The translations under genes were made by a program, and so were the position numbers. This document shows positions 51,309-57,383 of a stretch of 57,383 nt of DNA, in pieces (position 1 is the first letter of the stretch; every line of letters starts with the position of its first letter). The notes under the pieces are model-generated. The model did not search any database, was not told where the DNA came from, and was given only the letters and a program-made list of their open reading frames with translations. The DNA is from a virus (Duplodnaviria > Caudoviricetes). The stretch spans positions 1-57,383 of the IMG/VR virus record IMGVR_UViG_3300028615_000012; one strand, written 5' to 3'.

Positions 51309-53869
51309 TCTCGCAGTCGAATAGCGTTTTCTTTGCGCTGTTTGGCGTCATCAAAAAGTGACTGTGCGGACGCTGTCATTTCTACGATTTCCCCGTTTTC
51401 CCTGACGCGGACTGTATCAGTAATTTCGACATTCCCAAAGTCTGCGACAGCCGAGACGACGTCGACGATCTCCAAAGCGCGCGCCAGATCCCCGCTGACC
51501 TGATCCGCCTGTTCGACTTTACCGGCCGCTTCGTCCAGCTGGCCAAGCAGCTGCGTGAGTTCCTCGAGCGTCAGCTGTTGGAATCGCTCCATTTTTGATA
51601 GCTGCGCGCGGATCTCCTCGTTGGTCATCGTGTCCACGTCCAGCCCCACCATGCCCAGTTGCTCCTCGAGTTGCTCGAGCATGGTCCCGAGCTCCTGCAG
51701 CCGGGGGTCGCCGGACTCGAACCGGGAGCGCACGGGGTCGCCTGCCATCTCACGATCCAGCGCATCGAGCAGCGAATTCGGAGAGTAGTCTGGCGGCAGA
51801 AAGCCAGCCTCGGCCGCCGCCTCGGCCATGGCGTCGAGCGATTGCCCGGCCTGCGGCCGCACCAGTCCGCGGCGATGTTTGCCAGCATCTCGAGCAGATA
51901 GCTCGCCACCCTCATCGAGAAGGCCGCCCTTCTGCACGATGAAGTCCACCAGCGTCGGGCCTAGCATTTGGCGCTGCGTCGGTTGTTTCTTTTCGCGCAG
52001 CATATTCAGGTAGGGGTCCAGTGTCAGATCAACGTCGGGGCGCTCAGTCAGGACATCGGAACGCACACGCGCGACGCCGCCGAAAACCTGCCGGTACAGC
52101 GCGTCTGGATCCAGCCCTGCGCGCGACGCGATATTCGCAATGCCTTGGTATAGCTGCGCCATCCTTTCGGCGCCTGTGCGCTCTACGTTGGCCTGTAACA
52201 GCTGTCCGAGCACATCCTGGACGATACGACCGGCGGCCTCGGTGCTCTCGGCCTCACTGATGTCCGCCATCGCCTTTTCCAGCGACTTCATTATTTCCGG
52301 ATTGTTTTTGCGGAAATTCTCGGCGTCGCTCAGGCTCATGTCATCCGGATCGGTTTTCAGATGCGGGAGCAAGCCATCGTGATGTTTCGTTGGCGCGATT
52401 TTCTCAATGAACTGCGTACCGTCGATTTCGATGGCGCCGGCCACGACCCGCGCCTCGGCAACCTCGGATTCTTTCAGACCCAAATCCCGTGCGACTGCGT
52501 CCGGATCCGCGCCCTGATCCTGCCAGTAGCGATCGAATTCGCTGACGTCGACCCAGATCTTGCCGCTCTCGGCAAAGCGCGACACGAAAGCACGGAACGT
52601 CTCAGGCGCCTTTTTCGCCAGCTTGGACTCTTTGGCGCCGCGGCCTACAGAATCCCAGACGGCCGCCATGCGTTCAGCTTTGCCGGCACGTTGCACGTCA
52701 CCGACATACTGCATGCCGGGCCCAAGCCCGGCGATCAAAAGCGTCCCCTTGGCCGTCTCGACAAAGACCTCGGCAACCTGATCGGTGTACTCCTCCCACG
52801 ATACGCTCGCCTCCGGCTTCATCTCGGCTTCGGCCAAAATGTTTTGCCCGACCGTCATAATCGCGTCCTGCGCGAGCTCGACCGCTATTTCGGTTCCCAT
52901 GACCTCGCCGTATCGAAGCGGCAACATTTTCGTCGCCTGCGCGACTGTGCGCTTTTCGAGCACATCCTTGCCGAGCCTTTCGGCGACCGACTGCCCTGCC
53001 ATGTTTGTAATGCGGCCGACCCCAGGGATGTACTTGATGAACTTGGATAGCGGTATGACCTCGAGAGCGCCACCGATCGTACCGACGCCCTTTGCCATGA
53101 TCGCCGCATTTTGATGTGAAAACCCTTGCCGAATGTAGTTGTTGTATGCCTCGCCGGTAATCAGCCGACCACCGGATTCCGCAGCGCCAACGGCCGCACC
53201 GACAGTGAGGCCGGTTGTAAAACCAGTCACCGCACCAACGCCAGTGCCTAGCGGACCGCCGGCTGTACCCACCGCCGCACCAGTGCCGGCGCCGGCCATC
53301 GCGCCATACAACGCATCGTCGATTGCGTCCTTCGCGGTTTGCAGCGTTGGGCCCAAGTATTTCGCGGTCCAGACGATGACCTTGTGAGCAGCGTTTTCTG
53401 CGCCGAAATCGTGCGTCTGCTCAGACAGCTTGCGGAGCTCGGCCATTCGCTCCTCGTCATCCGGCTGCCAGTGATCCTGCCCTTTGGCGCGACGAGCGCC
53501 GATCTCCATGAGCTCGACGTCGGCCCACGTTTTGTCCCACCCCATCGAGATCGGGCGCCATGCTCGCTCGAGCATATTCAGGTTTTCTTTGTCGGCCTCG
53601 AGGACGGAAAGGTGATACGGATTTTCTGCTGCAAATTCCGCGAATTTCGGGCTGTGACGGCGGTATTCGTCATACGAGAAATCCGCCTTTTGCGTCTCGA
53701 TTTCGAGGTTTTCGAGATCCGCGTCGACGAGATCCATCGGGATACCGGTGCGCCCAGAGATCCGCAGGATCCGTGCAGCACGGTCGGGGTCCACGGGGTT
53801 TTGATGGCCAACAGACAGCCGCGCGTTTTCCTCAAAACCCTGTACGGCTTGTTCGAGCTCGCTTGCCAC
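51296..53869 (-). CDS. Internal virion/ejection protein (857 aa)
   Basis: Gly/Ala-rich membrane-inserting stretch GAMAGAGTGAAVG...; helical; follows the 638-aa ejection protein. Confidence 0.75.
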   Translation of the reverse strand: MASELEQAVQGFEENARLSVGHQNPVDPDRAARILRISGRTGIPMDLVDADLENLEIETQKADFSYDEYRRHSPKFAEFAAENPYHLSVLEADKENLNMLERAWRPISMGWDKTWADVELMEIGARRAKGQDHWQPDDEERMAELRKLSEQTHDFGAENAAHKVIVWTAKYLGPTLQTAKDAIDDALYGAMAGAGTGAAVGTAGGPLGTGVGAVTGFTTGLTVGAAVGAAESGGRLITGEAYNNYIRQGFSHQNAAIMAKGVGTIGGALEVIPLSKFIKYIPGVGRITNMAGQSVAERLGKDVLEKRTVAQATKMLPLRYGEVMGTEIAVELAQDAIMTVGQNILAEAEMKPEASVSWEEYTDQVAEVFVETAKGTLLIAGLGPGMQYVGDVQRAGKAERMAAVWDSVGRGAKESKLAKKAPETFRAFVSRFAESGKIWVDVSEFDRYWQDQGADPDAVARDLGLKESEVAEARVVAGAIEIDGTQFIEKIAPTKHHDGLLPHLKTDPDDMSLSDAENFRKNNPEIMKSLEKAMADISEAESTEAAGRIVQDVLGQLLQANVERTGAERMAQLYQGIANIASRAGLDPDALYRQVFGGVARVRSDVLTERPDVDLTLDPYLNMLREKKQPTQRQMLGPTLVDFIVQKGGLLDEGGELSARDAGKHRRGLVRPQAGQSLDAMAEAAAEAGFLPPDYSPNSLLDALDREMAGDPVRSRFESGDPRLQELGTMLEQLEEQLGMVGLDVDTMTNEEIRAQLSKMERFQQLTLEELTQLLGQLDEAAGKVEQADQVSGDLARALEIVDVVSAVADFGNVEITDTVRVRENGEIVEMTASAQSLFDDAKQRKENAIRLRDCLK

Positions 53870-55785
53870 TAGAAGCCCTCGATACCTTTAAGCCGCGCTA
53901 TTGCCGAATCGAAGCCCTGCGTGACCAGATAGAACCACGCCTCCTCGAGATCCTTCTGGCTTGGCTCCTCGTTGTTCTCGTCGATCGACTTGCCCATGTT
54001 GACCAGCCAGTCGTAGGCCTTCGCGGTGCCGCCGCCATAGCGATCGGGAATCTGGATGTCGGTCGAAAACGCGGTGCGCGGTACGCCACCAATGTTGACC
54101 TCTTGATCGAGCGGAATGTAGGCCTCCTGCATCTGCTCCGCAGACAGCGCCGGGAACGGCAGTTTCTTGTCGCGACCCCACTCGCGCACAAATACCTCGT
54201 GCCGCATGATTTCACCCAGGATCTCGCGGCGACGCTGTTCGCTGACCTTGCCATTGGTATCGTCACCCTCGGCAACAATGGCCGCGTCCCACGCCAGCGC
54301 AATGCGAGCCCACCGGTCCTTTTGTTCGGACGAATCGCCAGCCGTCGGCTTACGATCGAAGTACGGCGTTGCAACAAGATACTGCTCGAGAAACTGCGTA
54401 TCGGTAAGCCCGCCGGGCTCCTGCGGCGCTTTGCCAGACTCGACACGATTTCGCGCCAGCCTTTTTTGTGCGGACATTGTTTCCATGCGCTTGCGCGTGA
54501 CCACGTTTCGCCACAACACACGATCGCCGTCAGGGTTTTCAGGGTCGATTGGCATGGCGCCATTGAGATCCGCCGCAGCCTTGTCGGCTTCGGTCATTGC
54601 GTCCCACATTTCGTAAGCCTCCCACGTCGTATGATCGTTGAAACCGTCGCTTTCGTGGTGCGACTGCGACGCGCGTTCCAGTTGCCGGCGCTCGCCCTCA
54701 GTCAGCTGCTTTAGCTTCGCGGGATCGAGCTCGTTGTATGTCAGGCCGTTCTCCCGCTCGATCTCGTTCAACAACTCCATCATCGTGTCATGCCGCCGCG
54801 CCGCTTCCTCGGCCGCTTTGCGCCCAGTCTTTTGCGATTCCAGAATCATCGCCTCTTTGCGCGCTTTCGGATTGTCCGCGAGATAGTCCCGAATGAACGC
54901 CTCACGCTCGCTGATGCTGGTGCGCTCCGGAAACGCCTCCCACGCTGCATCCATGGCCTCGAATGCCAGCCCTTGCGTCGTGTCGATCTCGAGCTCGACC
55001 TCGGCCTGCTCGAGCATTTTTTGCGCGATGTCAGCATGCAGATAATCGGCAATTGACCCAGAGCCCTCGCCCTTTTCAAGATCCTCCGGCGTAATTGGGC
55101 CACGCGCTTTGCGGTGGGCCAGCGACAACTCGAGCTCTTTGACGCGATCCTCCGGCGGCATAAAGTCCAGTGCCGATGTTGCTGCGTCCTTCACAAATGC
55201 CTGCAACAGCTTTTGACCCTGGACGTCGCTGTAAACGCCCTCGTCAACGGCCGCCGTGATGTTTTCCAGCTGCGCCTGCATGAGATCGTTCTGCAGCTGC
55301 GGTGATTCAGCGACAGCAATAGCCTCGAGGGCGGAATCGAGATCCGCCATGATCTTGCCCTGCTGCCAGTCGATTCGCTTGCGCCGTGCAATCTCGCCGG
55401 TGAACGCACGACCGCGCTCGCGGATCAGGTTCGATTCGGCCGTCAGCAATTGCCGGTCGCTGCCCGACAAATTGTATTTGGCTAAAACCTCATCTGCGCG
55501 CGTCTGATACGTGCTCGTGTACGCCTCGTCGAACTTGTCGAAATCCTCGCGATCACGAATTTCCTCGCGGGCCGCGATGTCGGCCTGCAGTAAATCGTTT
55601 TTCGCCAGTGAGTAGTTGAGTCGATCGTCTTTGCGCTTTTTCTCGCCGGCAATCTGCGCGAACGTACCGGCTGCCTTGGAGATCGAGTCTGCAATGATCA
55701 GGCCGCTTTCGTCCGGCAAATCCACGCGATTTGATCGCAATGAAGGCCGGGCGCCGTAATCCAAAACTGTAGGTAGCCGTGCCAT
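53869..55785 (-). CDS. Internal virion/ejection protein (638 aa)
   Basis: MARLP N-terminus and all-helical composition, as in T7 gp15-position proteins. Confidence 0.7.
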   Translation of the reverse strand: MARLPTVLDYGARPSLRSNRVDLPDESGLIIADSISKAAGTFAQIAGEKKRKDDRLNYSLAKNDLLQADIAAREEIRDREDFDKFDEAYTSTYQTRADEVLAKYNLSGSDRQLLTAESNLIRERGRAFTGEIARRKRIDWQQGKIMADLDSALEAIAVAESPQLQNDLMQAQLENITAAVDEGVYSDVQGQKLLQAFVKDAATSALDFMPPEDRVKELELSLAHRKARGPITPEDLEKGEGSGSIADYLHADIAQKMLEQAEVELEIDTTQGLAFEAMDAAWEAFPERTSISEREAFIRDYLADNPKARKEAMILESQKTGRKAAEEAARRHDTMMELLNEIERENGLTYNELDPAKLKQLTEGERRQLERASQSHHESDGFNDHTTWEAYEMWDAMTEADKAAADLNGAMPIDPENPDGDRVLWRNVVTRKRMETMSAQKRLARNRVESGKAPQEPGGLTDTQFLEQYLVATPYFDRKPTAGDSSEQKDRWARIALAWDAAIVAEGDDTNGKVSEQRRREILGEIMRHEVFVREWGRDKKLPFPALSAEQMQEAYIPLDQEVNIGGVPRTAFSTDIQIPDRYGGGTAKAYDWLVNMGKSIDENNEEPSQKDLEEAWFYLVTQGFDSAIARLKGIEGF

Positions 55786-55787
55786 TG

Positions 55788-56534
55788 CTAATTAAACTCC
55801 CATCGTGTGTGCTGCAAAGTTTCCACCCCGAAACCTTCCAGTGGCGAATAGGTGATCACACCGCTGCCCATTGCCTCATCAGTCGGCTGAAATTCCCACC
55901 CCCACGTAAACCACAAGCGGCACTGGCTGCTGCTCTCGTTCACATAATCCGCAAAACTGCCGATCTCGTTGTCGGCGGCACCCGGATAGGGTGGCGTAAG
56001 GCTCAGGGAGGCCGACGCGATCGGCGCGCGAAACTTTAGTGCCCAATGAAGCACCAGCGTATCGGTGTAAAGGTTTGCGTCCGACATCCCGAGATAATCC
56101 CACGACGAATCGCCACCGGCCGCGCCATCGGTCAAAAAGCCGCTTTGCACGTTTTGTAGAAAATTCGGTGGCGCCCCCACAAATCCGCTGTACTGGAATG
56201 ACGCCATCTGCGCGATTCGGGCGCCACCACCGGCCTCGGCCGGAATCAAAAAATTATCATTGGCATCGCCGGTCGCTACGCGCGTAAAAACCTGTAGCCG
56301 GTTGCTGCCATAAGCGTGTGTTCGGGTCCATCCCGTTTGCGTCGCATCGCTCGAAACCGGTCCAGCCACAATGACGAAAAGATTGTCGTCAGCTACGCGA
56401 GATGCGAGTGGAATGTTGGTATTAAACCCATCGACATCGGAGCGATAGAAGGCTCCTGCATCTCGTAATGAAATGGATGGGCCGGCGGGCGGCGCTGCAC
56501 CACCGGATAGCGGCCCTCGCAAAATCATGCCCAT
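55788..56534 (-). CDS. Putative receptor-binding tip protein partnered with tail fibre 2 (248 aa)
   Basis: TGATG coupling to the fibre 2 stop; beta-rich; visibly more AT-rich than its neighbours. Confidence 0.65.
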   Translation of the reverse strand: MGMILRGPLSGGAAPPAGPSISLRDAGAFYRSDVDGFNTNIPLASRVADDNLFVIVAGPVSSDATQTGWTRTHAYGSNRLQVFTRVATGDANDNFLIPAEAGGGARIAQMASFQYSGFVGAPPNFLQNVQSGFLTDGAAGGDSSWDYLGMSDANLYTDTLVLHWALKFRAPIASASLSLTPPYPGAADNEIGSFADYVNESSSQCRLWFTWGWEFQPTDEAMGSGVITYSPLEGFGVETLQHTRWEFN

Positions 56535-57383
56535 CAGGAGAAATTCTCCGCGAAGGTTCCGAGCCACGTCGTTCCACCGTCCCGCGAACGCAGATGCACG
56601 AGATGAACGCTGCCCAGGGTCGACAGATCTGGCGCCGTGCCACCCGGCCACGTTACCGACCCCGGCCATGTGATCGTTCGAGCAACACCGGCGTCCTGCG
56701 TAATTTCGATCTCGATTTGCGCCAGAACACCCGACGCCGGCAGATTGCTGAACGTCAGGCTGGTGATGTTTTCCGTCAGCGTGATGTTGACCGACTGGCC
56801 GAGTCGGTAGTCGATGTCGAGCGACCCGGCCGCAGAGGCCTCGGCCTGATCCTCGATTGTGAAGTCGATAAACGGCGATTCATTCATGTCCACCGACGAG
56901 GCAATGATGTCGAGCGGACCAGCAACGCAGGTGATGATGATGTTGCTGCCGCCAGAGCAGCTGATCGAGCTCGAGACGGAATCCCCGATACGGTAGAACA
57001 GCACGTCACCGTTGTTTCCGAGATATATGCCACCGCCGTCGACATTCAGCGATTTGTCGAATTGGTACACGAAAATGTTGGCCGAGCTCGCGAACTGAAA
57101 CGCACGATTCGGCGCCGTGATCGTGTCGTCGACATTCATCGTCACGTTTTCGACATCGTCGGTGTAGAAGATCCGGAAGTCTGCCCCGGTGATCACATCC
57201 ATGCCGACGTCTGTCGTGTTACCGACCGTTGTGACGGCCTGCAGGCTGGCCGCGGTCGCTGCGCTAGGGTCGAAGTACACCGAGAATGTGAACGCATCGA
57301 CCGTCGGGATCTTGACCTCTGCGCCCACGCCGTCGACGACGTACCAGACCATCTCGCCGTCACTGACGCGGTAACCCGGAACA
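56534..57383 (-). CDS. Tail fibre 2, 3' part (5' end at 672 across the junction)
   Basis: C-terminal adaptor domain LTENITSLTFSN.P...TITWPGSVTWPGGTAP...DGGTTWLG. Confidence 0.88.
   Translation of the reverse strand, partial: VPGYRVSDGEMVWYVVDGVGAEVKIPTVDAFTFSVYFDPSAATAASLQAVTTVGNTTDVGMDVITGADFRIFYTDDVENVTMNVDDTITAPNRAFQFASSANIFVYQFDKSLNVDGGGIYLGNNGDVLFYRIGDSVSSSISCSGGSNIIITCVAGPLDIIASSVDMNESPFIDFTIEDQAEASAAGSLDIDYRLGQSVNITLTENITSLTFSNLPASGVLAQIEIEITQDAGVARTITWPGSVTWPGGTAPDLSTLGSVHLVHLRSRDGGTTWLGTFAENFS
56972..57383. repeat. Terminal overlap, right copy
   Basis: Matches 1-412 with 11 mismatches. Confidence 0.97.

Noticed and set aside
1-57383. Integrase/att site, tRNA genes, DNA polymerase, RNA polymerase
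   Set aside because: No tyrosine/serine recombinase or polymerase motifs in any ORF, and no cloverleaf seen by eye (tRNAscan-SE not run)
1-57383. Apparent abundance of TCGA-containing hexamers (CTCGAG, GTCGAC) and GAGCTC as a modification signature
   Set aside because: Explainable by GC-rich codon pairs (Leu-Glu, Val-Asp, Glu-Leu); needs a codon-aware Markov test that I cannot run

Overview
The window is an apparently complete, GC-rich tailed-phage genome (Caudoviricetes, podovirus-type). Bases 1-412 repeat at 56972-57383 with 11 mismatches, giving a circular unit of about 56,971 bp. Minus-strand virion modules encode TerS, TerL, portal, scaffold, major capsid, decoration protein, tail tubular proteins A/B, ejection proteins, two paralogous tail fibres and a Gram-negative-type lysis cassette (holin, TIGR02594/NlpC-P60 endolysin, spanins). 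A plus-strand early operon (13757-19787) follows a near-consensus sigma70 promoter. It opens with a nuclease-less restriction-enzyme N-terminal-like domain, a C5-cytosine-methylase-like gene and two PAPS-reductase/DndC-family genes. Two divergent middle operons encode an RHH regulator, ParB-like protein, SF2 helicase, Hjc-like and Ref-like nucleases, ERF, YqaJ exonuclease, a hexapeptide beta-helix protein and a Lar-like protein. I see no integrase, DNA polymerase, primase, tRNA or CRISPR. The most interesting signals are: (1) a candidate clamp-tethered DNA-modification cassette with a stand-alone reader or decoy domain; (2) an extended RBS motif ACCCGAGGAGGTA before many early genes, plus its exact complement in a hairpin of a terminator-bounded candidate sRNA; (3) a perfect 17-bp palindrome present three times; (4) a capsid mRNA leader with three identical internal loops; (5) a 2587-aa polyvalent ejection protein carrying GHKL ATPase, JAB/RadC and HExxH modules; and (6) a SPOUT-like gene inside a structural block. 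All family assignments come from motif recognition by eye, not database searches.
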